Source of the DNA: Flavobacteriales bacterium
GTDB taxonomy: Bacteria > Bacteroidota > Bacteroidia > Flavobacteriales_D > Sanyastnellaceae
Direction: 5' to 3'
Length of the DNA stretch: 57,593 nucleotides
Assembly (NCBI GenBank): GCA_947464415.1
Contig: CANHWU010000001.1
Span: forward strand, 1 to 57,593
Made by a program: the position numbers and the translations under genes. Below, piece after piece: positions 9,259 to 19,164 of this stretch (the first letter of the stretch is position 1; every line of letters begins with the position of its first letter). The notes below the pieces were generated by a model. It did not search any database. It was not told the origin of the DNA and was given only the letters and a program-made list of their open reading frames with translations.

Positions 9259-9281
9259 ATATCTATTTATTTAATTTCTAT

Positions 9282-12200
9282 TTACCGGCCAATCAGAAAT
9301 TGTGCCGTTTTTGTTACAGTGTTATTTTGTATCACGATTGTATATAAACCATTAGACCAGTTGGATAGTTCAATTCGTTGATTCGGTTGGTCATTTACAA
9401 GGCTGGATAGGAGTTTACTGTTTGCATCATAGATGAGAATTCTTGCTGGAAGGTGGGTGTTTTCAATGATCAAGTAATCTTGCACTGGATTGGGAAAAAT
9501 AAGAACATTACTTTCCAGCTCCAGCAAGCCGGGGGCTATATAATCTGTCGTAATGGTGGCCTGACCTTGGCAGCCAAATTCGGTAATGGCTATCATTTGG
9601 TATTGAATGCCCAGATCTGCAGATAGACTCAAGGTATTATCAAATAATGGCTGATCCGTGTTATCAATGCTCCATTGGGTAATCCATTGACTTATTCCAT
9701 TATTGCATGAGACAATATTATTGGTCTCTGAAAGAACAGGTTGCGGAGTAGGATGAATGGTTACTGCAGTATTCATTGTTCCTTGTGTGGAGGTAGTGTT
9801 GGAGGTACATACCATCGAAATTTGCTGATTACCTTCTGTTCCATAAATATGTTCCGTTGGATTGCTCACCCAGTTATCATTTGTGCCATCTCCCCAATTT
9901 ATTTGGCAACCCATCCAATCTAGGCCATCCGTGAGATTGTGGAGAGTGATCGTATCAAATTGACAGATAGAGTCATTTTCGATTTCAAAATAAGGTTGTA
10001 TAATCCAAAGTGAATCAGAGCTACTTGTGCAACCGTTTTGAGCCATGACATTCAATTGATATACTCCGTTAGAATAATTGTTGCCGTTCCAAATGTTCCA
10101 ATGGTAATTGACTGCATCCACGATGTCGTTATTGTATAGATTCCAGTCAAAGCTCAGAGAGTTGGAACAGTTTGTACAGATTACTTCTGGGAAAGTATAA
10201 GTAATTTCAGGAATTATGGGAGATTGAAGAATCAAAATGGAATCAGTGAAGTAACCGGTGGAATATTCGTTGTAACAAATCATGGAAAGTGAATATTGGC
10301 TCTCCAGGCCATACAAATGGGTAAGAAGGTTGGTATTGGCCGTTTGATTAGATCCATCTCCCCAAAGCATAGAGCAGTTAAAATCATTATAGTTTTGGGT
10401 GATGTTCTCTAGTAAGACGGAATCTGCAGAACAAGAGGCGTCATTCATCAGAATGAACAAAGGTTGAATCACAAAAATGGAGTCACTGAAGACGGTGCAA
10501 TTGAAGTTGTTCGTGGAAGATATTTGATACCAACCATTATCATAATTGAACCCGTTGAAATTGTAATGAGTAGCACCATTAGACGAGCTTATCGGGGTAT
10601 TTTCAAGATACCATTGATAAGTATTCATGCCATTATAATTGTCACATTGCACCTCGCCGATTTCATAATGAACCAATGGTTTTTCTGGAATGGGATTCAT
10701 TTCAATTTCCAATGAAAAAGAACCTTGAGTATAAGGGTTGGTACAACTGAGTTCAATGTTATAATTCAGGGTGTCACCAAATACATGGTAATTGTTCACG
10801 CTCATTAATGTTTCAGAGGTTCCGTCTCCCCAATTGATATTGCAGTTGCTCAGCCAATGGGAGGTTTCATCCAGCAACCAAGTGGTGTCTCCTGGACAGA
10901 CGGTAGGATCGATGATATTGAAATAAGGCTGCAGAATTGGAAGTGAATCTGAATGCTGAGTACAACCTTCAATATTGGTGGTAGACAATGAATACCACCC
11001 ATTTTGGTAGGATCCATTGAAAAGAGTATAAAGTTGAGAATTATTCTCATTAGGCAATGGAGTATTGTTGTATAACCATTGGTATTGTTGCAGAATATTG
11101 AAATTTTGACAATCCAATTGTCCAAAAGTGTAAGTAATGACTGGAACGTCTGGAATAGGATCAGTGGCTATCGTCACAAAGTAGGAGCCGCTGGTGAACA
11201 TATTCTGGCAGAAAAGTTCAATTTCATAGGTGCCGCTATCAGCGAAAATATGATAATTGAACTCATTAGAGATCACTTCTGAATACCCATCACCCCAAAT
11301 TATTTCACATGTGTTCTCCCAGAATTGTGTTGTGTTTTGAAGAGTTGTACTATCTCCGGGACAAACATGGATGTCAGCAATTACAAATGAAGGCTGAAGG
11401 ATGGGTAATGAGTCAGAAAGAGTAGTACAATTGTCGGGGTTGGTAGCCGCTGCCATGTACCAGCCATTGTTGAAAGCGCCGTTGGAGCTTATATTGATTA
11501 CCGGGCTATTTTGATCGAAGAGTAGGTCTTGATTCAGATACCATTGGTAAGTATTTTGATTTTCAAAATTGCTTATTTCCAGATCAGGCATAGTGTAGAT
11601 AAGTGAGGGAGCTGCTGGAGCTACAAAAACAAATATAGAGTCCTCTAGTGAGTAGCTTTGGCCAAACCCGGAGCATTCCATCAAAATAATGTATTGGCCG
11701 CTCATCGAGTAAGCGTGATTGACATCATAGTTTGAAGTACCGTCCCCCCAATGAATCAAGCAATTCATGCCGGGTTCTTGGTCCGTGTAATCCGTAAATC
11801 CAATATTGATATTAGGACAGATGCTATCCACTGAGATTTGAAAATAGGGTTCTGCGACAAAGATGGAATCGGATTGCACCAGACACCCTACACCATTACT
11901 TGCGATGACATTGTACCAGCCATTGGAGTACGAAGCTCCATTCCAAATATCGATACTAAGATCTTGCTCGTTCAGAATATTCAAGTGGTTATTTTCCCAC
12001 TGATAATTGATGTTTGCTTCCGGATTGTTGATTGTGATTATCCCGGAATCATAGTCAAGGATGGGAATTAATGGTATTTCATTGACAAGGATATTGGAGA
12101 TGTATTGTCCAGTATCTAAATTATTGAAACAAACTAATTCAATATCATAGCTACCAGGAATAAGGTAGGAATGATCCAAGGCGACTGGAGTTATTACTGA

Positions 12201-15200
12201 CTCTATGCTACCATCTCCCCAATTGATAGAGCAACTGATTCCGGATAGATTGATGGAGTTGATATTCGCTTGAGCTGATTCATTCTGGCAGATGGTGTTG
12301 GATTGCAAACTGAAAAAGGGTTGAACGACAAATTCAGTATTGGAGATTGAAGAGCATCCTAGATCAGAGGAGGAGGTCAATTGGAAATCTCCAGAAAGAA
12401 ATTGACCTGTTTGAAGGTTGTTGAAACTGGTGTTGTTTGCGTTTTGGATATTGGCATTGTTCAATGTCCATTGATAGTTTACCCCTCCCGTGCAATTGGC
12501 GCAAGAAAGTACTCCATTGTTTTCTGTAATTATTGGCGTCAAAGGCGTAGCATTGACAATGATGTTATTTAATTGTGCAGAGGAGGGAAATCCATCAAAA
12601 TAATAATTGTAAGTGATACTAAAGTTTCCGGGTTCTGAAAAAGTGTAATTGAAAGATGATCCACAATTATAAATGGTGTCACCCGAAGAAAAAATGAATT
12701 CACAGACAGACTCGGGGTATGCAACCGTTTGATTGATAACATTGATGGTCAAGGGGTCACATCCCTCAGTGGTAGCGACGAACAAAGAGGCCTCTAAGTA
12801 CATGCAGCTTCCATCGTTGAAATTGGTCGTAGGATCAAAGTTAATAGCGGCTACATCAGTACAACCGTAATACAGACACGATCCATCATCTTGATTGGCC
12901 AAACTGGAGAAATTATTTGCAATGGTATCTGTGCATCCCAGATAAATACAACTTCCGTCGTTAACGGTTGCAGTGGAATCATAATTCGCTGCCACAGTAT
13001 CCGTGCATCCCAAATAAAAACAAGATCCATCATCAATGGTGGCTGAGCTGTTGTAATTACCCGCCAATGTATCCGTGCACCCTTCGATTTGGCAGGAACC
13101 GTCATTCACCGTGGCGGTTGGGTCGAAATTGACCGCGGTAGAATCAGTACATCCGAGGTAAAAACATGAGCTGTCACTGATATTGGCATTGCTATCGAAA
13201 TTATCCGCGTTGGGATCAATACATCCTGGATAGAGACACGATCCATCAGGGATACTGGCAATAGGATTAAAATTTTGCGCTAGCGAATCAGTGCAGCCCT
13301 CATAAACGCATGTTCCATCATCTTGATTGGCAATATTACTGAAGTTGAAAGCGGTTGTGTCAGTGCAACCTAGGTATATGCATGTGCTATCCTCTTGATT
13401 AGCGTTTGGATTAAAGTTGTCAGCTATAACATCGGTACATCCAAGAATTATGCATGACGAATCAGGAGTGTTGGCCGTAGGATCGAAGTTGATGGCGATA
13501 GGATTGGTACAACCTAAGAAAATACAGGGTACAATTTGAGTGGCCAAGGGGTTGTAATTATCGGCGAGTGGATCTAAACAACCAATGTATACACAAGAAC
13601 CATCATCCCAATTCCATACGGAGCTATAATTGTCATATTGTTCTTGAGTACAACCAGGAAAATCACATGACCCGTCATTAACATTTGCCAGAGGGTTGTA
13701 ATTCATAGCAGAGTCAACGGTACAACCGGGTATTTGGTTTTGATTGAAAGTTTGCACTCGAACTTGAGGAATCCTCAGTAAATAATACAAGTCTGATTCG
13801 TCGGGAAAATTCAGATAAGTAGTATTTTCGGGGGCTGCTCCGCTTCTCGCTACATAAAATGGCTGGCCTAAAGATATATTTCTAACCATGGCGGCAACAC
13901 AACCGTCAAAGGGATTGATTTCTGCATCTCCGGTTTCGGGATTAGTGTCGTCAGGATAATTAAGTGTGGCTTGATTGGTATAAACAGGATTGATGAGGGG
14001 AAGGGTAATCATTTTTTCTTCTCCTAGCCCATTGATGTCAGCTAAATTCACTGTGTAGGTTTCCGTGGAGGCTAATATAGAATCCATCGTAGGGATATAG
14101 ATATGACCTTGAATAACTGTACCAGGTAGGGTTCCTTCTGCAATTCCTACTTGAATATTGGCTATCCTCTTTCCATTGCCATATGTAAAGCAATATATAT
14201 TTCCGATCTCGGTGGTGGTTGTATTGGGATAAATGGAATTAGCATTGTAAAGATTATCGGCGGGCCCTTCGTCACGCGCGTAGGTGTATGGGGTAATATC
14301 AAAGTCTAAAGTATCGAAATTATTAGTGAGGTCTTCGTCTGTCTCTGCTTGTGAAATTTCGAAAGTGACCTCATAATTGCCTACACCGTCATTGATGATA
14401 TCGGATGCATTCGTTAAAGTGGTATTTTGTCCAAACCCTAGAGTATTTTGAGATATGGACTGATCATAGATGGGTACTCCATTTTTTAATATTTTGTTTT
14501 GAAGTACAATATTATTTTGGGAGTTAGTGCCGAGGTTGGAAATGGCACAATTGGGCACGGCGGTAGGAAGAAAATTAAGAGGATACTGGTCATACATCAT
14601 ATTAGATACAAAATTGACCGTTGGATCGTATGCGGTGAATTGCGCATTGGAGATGGCAATGTTATTGGCAGAAGGAGAGTATAAAGAAATGTCATCAATG
14701 CTCCATGAATAGTAAAAGCCGTCGAATAAAAATTTGAATTGAACATTGGATTGACCGGCAGCTAGAGCAGTTATGTAGGCACTTTTCCACTCACTGTTGG
14801 GGCCTGTGTACCCATTGCTTTGAGTGAGTGAACTTATTTCTTGCCAAGTACCCCCCCCATTCGTGGAGATTGGAACATACATGGTACCTACATAATTTCT
14901 AAGCTGTTGGTTGAAGGTGATGTATACTTCTGAAACTGAACTTAGGTCTATACTATTGGTGATCATCCATGCTGAATGGGGTCCAGGATCTGGCCCACTT
15001 CCGATGTTTCCGCAAGTTGTGCTTGGATCATCCCAAAAATTAGAATCGAAAATCATAAAACCATTGCTAGAGGAGGGAGATTGAAGAGCAACGGTTCCTG
15101 CGCTGCATGAACCTCTTGATCCGATATTGTTATCAGGAATGGTGTTAGGTCCCCTGTATTCCCATTGTCCGATCCCAGAGGTACTTCCAGTTGTCCATCC

Positions 15201-15347
15201 TGAAGGTAATCCATTTGCAAAGTCCCAAGAGGTTATAGGAGTGCCTAGCACTTGGCTGAAAATGTTTTCTGCCAATAGACACAAGGAAATAAATACAATG
15301 AGTCTTTTCAAAGGTTCTGCTTTTTCCAAAAATACATTTTTTTTCAT
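9282..15347 (-). CDS. Giant (2021 aa) modular cell-surface/adhesin-like T9SS cargo protein
   Basis: Signal peptide, then an N-terminal MAM/choice-of-anchor-J-like region (SWDFANGLPSGWTT...). This is followed by 13 x 24-aa GCTD..A.NF....A..DDGSC.Y repeats and 7 modules carrying PKD-like WGDG and YQW...NGWY...GC motifs. The C-terminal type-A T9SS CTD reads IFPNPVQDYLII...GLYTIVIQNNTVTKTAQFLIGR. Confidence 0.85.
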   Translation of the reverse strand: MKKNVFLEKAEPLKRLIVFISLCLLAENIFSQVLGTPITSWDFANGLPSGWTTGSTSGIGQWEYRGPNTIPDNNIGSRGSCSAGTVALQSPSSSNGFMIFDSNFWDDPSTTCGNIGSGPDPGPHSAWMITNSIDLSSVSEVYITFNQQLRNYVGTMYVPISTNGGGTWQEISSLTQSNGYTGPNSEWKSAYITALAAGQSNVQFKFLFDGFYYSWSIDDISLYSPSANNIAISNAQFTAYDPTVNFVSNMMYDQYPLNFLPTAVPNCAISNLGTNSQNNIVLQNKILKNGVPIYDQSISQNTLGFGQNTTLTNASDIINDGVGNYEVTFEISQAETDEDLTNNFDTLDFDITPYTYARDEGPADNLYNANSIYPNTTTTEIGNIYCFTYGNGKRIANIQVGIAEGTLPGTVIQGHIYIPTMDSILASTETYTVNLADINGLGEEKMITLPLINPVYTNQATLNYPDDTNPETGDAEINPFDGCVAAMVRNISLGQPFYVARSGAAPENTTYLNFPDESDLYYLLRIPQVRVQTFNQNQIPGCTVDSAMNYNPLANVNDGSCDFPGCTQEQYDNYSSVWNWDDGSCVYIGCLDPLADNYNPLATQIVPCIFLGCTNPIAINFDPTANTPDSSCIILGCTDVIADNFNPNANQEDSTCIYLGCTDTTAFNFSNIANQDDGTCVYEGCTDSLAQNFNPIASIPDGSCLYPGCIDPNADNFDSNANISDSSCFYLGCTDSTAVNFDPTATVNDGSCQIEGCTDTLAGNYNSSATIDDGSCFYLGCTDTVAANYDSTATVNDGSCIYLGCTDTIANNFSSLANQDDGSCLYYGCTDVAAINFDPTTNFNDGSCMYLEASLFVATTEGCDPLTINVINQTVAYPESVCEFIFSSGDTIYNCGSSFNYTFSEPGNFSITYNYYFDGFPSSAQLNNIIVNATPLTPIITENNGVLSCANCTGGVNYQWTLNNANIQNANNTSFNNLQTGQFLSGDFQLTSSSDLGCSSISNTEFVVQPFFSLQSNTICQNESAQANINSINLSGISCSINWGDGSIESVITPVALDHSYLIPGSYDIELVCFNNLDTGQYISNILVNEIPLIPILDYDSGIITINNPEANINYQWENNHLNILNEQDLSIDIWNGASYSNGWYNVIASNGVGCLVQSDSIFVAEPYFQISVDSICPNINIGFTDYTDQEPGMNCLIHWGDGTSNYDVNHAYSMSGQYIILMECSGFGQSYSLEDSIFVFVAPAAPSLIYTMPDLEISNFENQNTYQWYLNQDLLFDQNSPVINISSNGAFNNGWYMAAATNPDNCTTLSDSLPILQPSFVIADIHVCPGDSTTLQNTTQFWENTCEIIWGDGYSEVISNEFNYHIFADSGTYEIELFCQNMFTSGSYFVTIATDPIPDVPVITYTFGQLDCQNFNILQQYQWLYNNTPLPNENNSQLYTLFNGSYQNGWYSLSTTNIEGCTQHSDSLPILQPYFNIIDPTVCPGDTTWLLDETSHWLSNCNINWGDGTSETLMSVNNYHVFGDTLNYNIELSCTNPYTQGSFSLEIEMNPIPEKPLVHYEIGEVQCDNYNGMNTYQWYLENTPISSSNGATHYNFNGFNYDNGWYQISSTNNFNCTVFSDSIFVIQPLFILMNDASCSADSVLLENITQNYNDFNCSMLWGDGSNQTANTNLLTHLYGLESQYSLSMICYNEYSTGYFTDSILILQSPIIPEITYTFPEVICTNCSNSLSFDWNLYNNDIVDAVNYHWNIWNGNNYSNGVYQLNVMAQNGCTSSSDSLWIIQPYFEIENDSICQFDTITLHNLTDGLDWMGCQINWGDGTNDNWVSNPTEHIYGTEGNQQISMVCTSNTTSTQGTMNTAVTIHPTPQPVLSETNNIVSCNNGISQWITQWSIDNTDQPLFDNTLSLSADLGIQYQMIAITEFGCQGQATITTDYIAPGLLELESNVLIFPNPVQDYLIIENTHLPARILIYDANSKLLSSLVNDQPNQRIELSNWSNGLYTIVIQNNTVTKTAQFLIGR
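9528..12791 (-). repeat. Coding tandem repeat: 7 bipartite modules of ~151-157 aa (PKD-like + Ig-like)
   Basis: The W of WGDG falls at aa 1043, 1200, 1351, 1506, 1662 and 1818, with a degenerate first copy near aa 887. YQW-type motifs alternate with these at aa ~958, 1115, 1267, 1422, 1577, 1734 and 1890. Confidence 0.75.
12798..13730 (-). repeat. Coding tandem repeat: 13 units of 72 nt (24 aa; one unit is 23 aa), two Cys per unit
   Basis: Covers aa 540..850 of the giant protein. The GC dipeptide recurs at residues 541, 565, 589, 612, 636, 660, 684, 708, 732, 756, 780, 804 and 828. Unit consensus is (L/P)GCTDxxAxNFdpxAxxxDGSCxY. Confidence 0.85.
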
Positions 15348-15453
15348 GAGAATAAGCTCCTATTTGTGTTAATATTCAAATCGAAGCGTTAATAAAATCC
15401 TAACCAAAAGCAATATTTTTGGTGGTTCAGATTGTCCCAAGTAACGAAGATAT

Positions 15454-15461
15454 TACCTTTG
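15454..15461 (+). promoter_or_regulatory. Candidate -7 promoter box (TACCTTTG) for kup
   Basis: Exact TAnnTTTG match 17 nt upstream of the kup ATG. A TTG lies ~20 nt upstream at 15432..15434. Confidence 0.35.
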
Positions 15462-15477
15462 TTTTGATAATTTATCC

Positions 15478-17406
15478 ATGGCCACTACCAATCACAAACT
15501 TTCTGCCGCCGGAGTACTTGTTACTTTAGGCATCATTTTCGGAGATATCGGCACGTCTCCGCTCTATGTTTTAAGGTCTATTATTCAGGATCGACCCGTA
15601 ACGGAAGTTCTCGTATATGGAGGAGTTTCCTGTATTTTTTGGACACTGACTATCCAAACGACGATTAAATATATTTTTCTAACATTACGTGCGGATAACA
15701 ACGGTGAGGGTGGAATTTTCTCTTTATTCTCTCTGGTAAAAAGAAAGGGTAAATGGTTGTTTTGGCCTGCCATGATCGGAGCAGCTACGCTGCTTTGTGA
15801 TGGAATTATTACCCCTCCGATTTCGGTATCATCGGCCGTAGAGGGATTATCTCGTTATAATGATTCCATTCCTGTATTGCCCATTGTCTTGGCGATATTA
15901 ACGCTGATATTTGTGATACAGCGATATGGAACCAAACTGGTAGGCGCCGCATTTGGGCCCATCATGTTAGTATGGTTCAGTATGTTGGCCATTTTAGGTT
16001 TATCGGAGATCATTTCACATCCCCAAGTATTTAATGCGATCAATCCTAAATATGCGATTCAACTTCTCACTGAATATCCCGGCGGGTTTTGGTTGTTGGG
16101 TGCCGTCTTCCTTTGCACCACTGGAGCGGAGGCATTGTACAGCGACTTGGGACACTGTGGACGGGAGAACATTCGGATATCTTGGATTTTCGTAAAGATT
16201 TCCTTGATATTAAATTATATGGGGCAGGCCTCTTGGATCATGGATCATGGCAGCATTGAGGGCATTAACCCATTTTATGCGATTATGCCAGATTGGTTTT
16301 TGTTACCGGGAATTATCATTGCTACCATGGCAGCGATTATTGCCAGTCAAGCGCTGATCAGTGGATCCTTCACTCTGGTGAGTGAAGCGATGAACTTAAA
16401 TTTTTGGCCTCGAGTAGGAGTTAAATTTCCCACGGAGCTCAAAGGGCAGTTATACATACCGAGTGTCAATTGGTTGTTATGGGGGGGGTGCATTGGGGTG
16501 ATGCTGTACTTCCAAGAGTCTGCGCACATGGAAGCGGCATATGGTTTTTTCATTACCATTGCCATGATGATGACCACATTATTATTGGGGTATTTTTTAT
16601 TGTTCAAGCGAAAATGGCCTTTTGTTTTAGTGCTATTGACCATTGGTTGTTTTTTCACAGTTGAAGTTTCTTTTTTCATTGCTAATATTCTCAAATTGAA
16701 GGAAGCTTGGATGATGTTGATTTTGTATGTCATCATTTTGCATGTTATGTGGATTACCTATATGTACAGAAGGCTCAGCAATTCGTTCCTTCAATTTTTT
16801 GATTTAGATAATCATGTGGAAATTTTAAAAAAGTTGTCTTCTGATACAAGAATTCCAAAGTATGCCACCCATTTGGTATTCCTTACAAAAGCCAATCATC
16901 GACATCAGATTGAGAATAAAATCATGGATAGTATTTTGTCTAAAACTCCTAAGAGAGCAGATGTATATTGGTTTGTACATGTGGATCGCACCAATGAGCC
17001 ATACACAAAGGAGTATGAAGTGGAAGAGGTGGAGAATGATTTAATCATGAAGGTGAATATTAAGTTAGGGTTTCGTGTCCCTGCACGTGTCAATCATTTT
17101 TTCAAATGTATTTTAGATGATATGGTGAAAAGAAATGAGTACGATTTGAGTAAAAAGCCGGAGCCTTATCAGGACTATAATCATAATGTGGATGTGAAGT
17201 TTGTTGTTTTAGAAAAGTATCTTTCGGTGGACAATGATTTGAGTGTAAAAGAAAATTTCATTACCTCTGCTTATGAGTGGTTAAAAGAGCAAGGTTTAAG
17301 TGATATTGATGCCTGGGGATTAGAGGAGGCGGATACGGTGTTGGAGAAAGTTCCTCTGGTGGTGAAGCCATCAAAGAAAGTGGAGTTGGTATGTAGAACA
17401 AAATAG
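15478..17406 (+). CDS. kup: KUP/HAK/KT family potassium transporter
   Basis: 642 aa. N-terminal GIIFGDIGTSPLYV signature, ~12 hydrophobic segments, and a hydrophilic C-terminal domain. Confidence 0.95.
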   Translation: MATTNHKLSAAGVLVTLGIIFGDIGTSPLYVLRSIIQDRPVTEVLVYGGVSCIFWTLTIQTTIKYIFLTLRADNNGEGGIFSLFSLVKRKGKWLFWPAMIGAATLLCDGIITPPISVSSAVEGLSRYNDSIPVLPIVLAILTLIFVIQRYGTKLVGAAFGPIMLVWFSMLAILGLSEIISHPQVFNAINPKYAIQLLTEYPGGFWLLGAVFLCTTGAEALYSDLGHCGRENIRISWIFVKISLILNYMGQASWIMDHGSIEGINPFYAIMPDWFLLPGIIIATMAAIIASQALISGSFTLVSEAMNLNFWPRVGVKFPTELKGQLYIPSVNWLLWGGCIGVMLYFQESAHMEAAYGFFITIAMMMTTLLLGYFLLFKRKWPFVLVLLTIGCFFTVEVSFFIANILKLKEAWMMLILYVIILHVMWITYMYRRLSNSFLQFFDLDNHVEILKKLSSDTRIPKYATHLVFLTKANHRHQIENKIMDSILSKTPKRADVYWFVHVDRTNEPYTKEYEVEEVENDLIMKVNIKLGFRVPARVNHFFKCILDDMVKRNEYDLSKKPEPYQDYNHNVDVKFVVLEKYLSVDNDLSVKENFITSAYEWLKEQGLSDIDAWGLEEADTVLEKVPLVVKPSKKVELVCRTK

Positions 17407-17408
17407 AA

Positions 17409-17437
17409 AGAGGGGCTCCAAGGCCCCTCTCTTTTTT
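17409..17437. terminator. Shared (bidirectional) terminator hairpin between convergent kup and the DUF349 gene
   Basis: AGAGGGGC (17409..17416), 6-nt loop, GCCCCTCT (17423..17430), then CTTTTTT. An A-rich run on the other side gives a weaker U-tract for the minus strand. Confidence 0.7.
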
Positions 17438-17451
17438 CTGCAATTGTCCAA

Positions 17452-19143
17452 TTATTCTGAATCGAGCATTTTCATTTTAGCACGAATTTCTGCAATTTCC
17501 TGTTGATTGAGTTTGATTTTTTTCTCGATTTCCTTTTTCAAGGCCTCTGCTCCTTTTCCGGTGAATATTCCCATGTTATTTTCATATTGCTTGATTTGAA
17601 TATTCAATCGATCTATTTTATCTTGTAGAATACTCTTTTCGCGCTTGATACCGGTAGTTCCCCCTTGCGTTTTAAGAGATTCTACGCGATTTTTGTAATG
17701 ACTCATCTCTTTTTCTTGTCTGGAGGCGTTCAGACCACCGTACAACCTATCCAATGCATCATTATACCTTTTGCTTGTTGGGGCAATATGATCTTTGGGA
17801 ACATGACCAACCCCCCTCCATCGATCAGAGAAGTCTTTTAAGAATGCCAAGTCAGCGCCTTTATTGCCAGATAATTGGTATTGTTCTACTTCTTCTAAAA
17901 GCGTATTTTTCAATCTCAAATTTTCTTCCTGCTGTCCAGCTAAATCTCCGAAGTGCTCTTTTTTACGAGCAAAGAAATGATCGCAAGCGGATCTGAATCT
18001 TTGCCATAGTTTATTCTCATCTTTCGGTTCTGCTGCTCCAATGCCTTTCCATTGCTCTTGCAATTTTTTTAATTCCTCCGTAGTTTTTTTCCATTCCTCA
18101 CTGTCCTGAATAGCTTTGGCCTTATTGATGATGTCTTCTTTCTTCTTCCTATTTTCTGTTTGAACCGATTTTCTTTCATCAAAATAGCTCTTTCTTTTTG
18201 CAAAAAAAGCATCGCACAATCCACGGAATTCTACCCATGTCTCCTCATTTTCCTTTTTTCGTGTCCAACCGATGGTACGCCATTCTTCTTGCAATTTTAT
18301 CACCTCATCTGTCCATTTATTCCAAGCATTGGGTTGCGTAAAATCCATAGAAAGGATTTCTCTGGTTTTGTCAATCAATGCTTTTTTCGCGGAAAGATTT
18401 TGGTCTGCCTCTGCTTGCAGTGCATCGTAATGTGCTTGGATTTTGTTTTGAGATTCTCTTAGGATAGCAAAGAATTGATCTCCCGTTTCTTTATACACCT
18501 CTCGAGGTGAGGGACCAATATTGACAAATTCGCGCTGTAACTTTTTCACCATTACTTCCAACTCATTGATGCTTTCAATGTTATCGAGTAATTTGGCTTC
18601 TTCTATTAATTCTTCTTTTCTTTTCTGATTGATTTTAAGATCGTGCGCTTGTAGCTCCTTGTAAATATTGATATTGTAGAAGAACGCATGGTTTAGACGT
18701 TGCCAATGGTCTTGAATATCATGATATTTATCTCCAGGAACATCCCCAATAGCATCCCAGCGCTCTCTGATTTCCTTGTGCCAAACAAAGGCCTTTCCTA
18801 CGTTTTCTTCCTCTTGGATGAGTTTTTGAAAATCAGCAAGTACATTTTGTTTAAGCTCGAGATTAGCTTGCCTTTCTGCGGCTAATTTTTTTCCAGCTTC
18901 TTCTATTTTGTCCTCATACACTTTACAGAGCTCTTGAAATTTTCCTTCTAGCTCATGGGGTGTATAAATGAACTCAGTGCTTTTGTCGGGTTCGGAAGCT
19001 TTGAATGCTTCCAGTTGCAATTGGCGTTCTTTTACCGTTTCGGATTTCCACTGGTTGCGAATGCCACGAACAGTATCACGCATAGACATAATTTCTTCTG
19101 CTTGCAATGCTGTCGTTAGTTGTTCAATCAATTCTGCTTTCAT
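17452..19143 (-). CDS. DUF349 domain-containing protein
   Basis: 563 aa, highly charged and helical. About five repeats of the DUF349 pattern, e.g. LQEEWRTIGW...WVEFRGLCDAFFAKRK and LQEQWKGIGA...LWQRFRSACDHFFARKK. Confidence 0.8.
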   Translation of the reverse strand: MKAELIEQLTTALQAEEIMSMRDTVRGIRNQWKSETVKERQLQLEAFKASEPDKSTEFIYTPHELEGKFQELCKVYEDKIEEAGKKLAAERQANLELKQNVLADFQKLIQEEENVGKAFVWHKEIRERWDAIGDVPGDKYHDIQDHWQRLNHAFFYNINIYKELQAHDLKINQKRKEELIEEAKLLDNIESINELEVMVKKLQREFVNIGPSPREVYKETGDQFFAILRESQNKIQAHYDALQAEADQNLSAKKALIDKTREILSMDFTQPNAWNKWTDEVIKLQEEWRTIGWTRKKENEETWVEFRGLCDAFFAKRKSYFDERKSVQTENRKKKEDIINKAKAIQDSEEWKKTTEELKKLQEQWKGIGAAEPKDENKLWQRFRSACDHFFARKKEHFGDLAGQQEENLRLKNTLLEEVEQYQLSGNKGADLAFLKDFSDRWRGVGHVPKDHIAPTSKRYNDALDRLYGGLNASRQEKEMSHYKNRVESLKTQGGTTGIKREKSILQDKIDRLNIQIKQYENNMGIFTGKGAEALKKEIEKKIKLNQQEIAEIRAKMKMLDSE

Positions 19144-19164
19144 TCTACTTTTTAGTAAGTTTCA

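Noticed and set aside
12798-13730. A regular 72-nt periodic array that could superficially be taken for a CRISPR or VNTR locus.
   Set aside because: It lies inside one long uninterrupted ORF. The units are contiguous with no spacers, are diverged at the DNA level, and are conserved at the protein level (Cys/Asp/Asn pattern). It is a coding protein repeat.
14851-14858. C8 (G8 on the coding strand) homopolymer in the 5' part of the giant adhesin gene, encoding NGGGTW. This is a possible slipped-strand phase-variation switch.
   Set aside because: Comparable G7-G8 runs encoding Gly-Gly occur in housekeeping genes of the same window: kup 16481..16488 (G8), tilS 20543..20549 and ptrB 36914..36920. 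The tract therefore looks like ordinary GGG codon usage rather than a dedicated contingency locus. It is only worth revisiting if population sequencing shows length variation.
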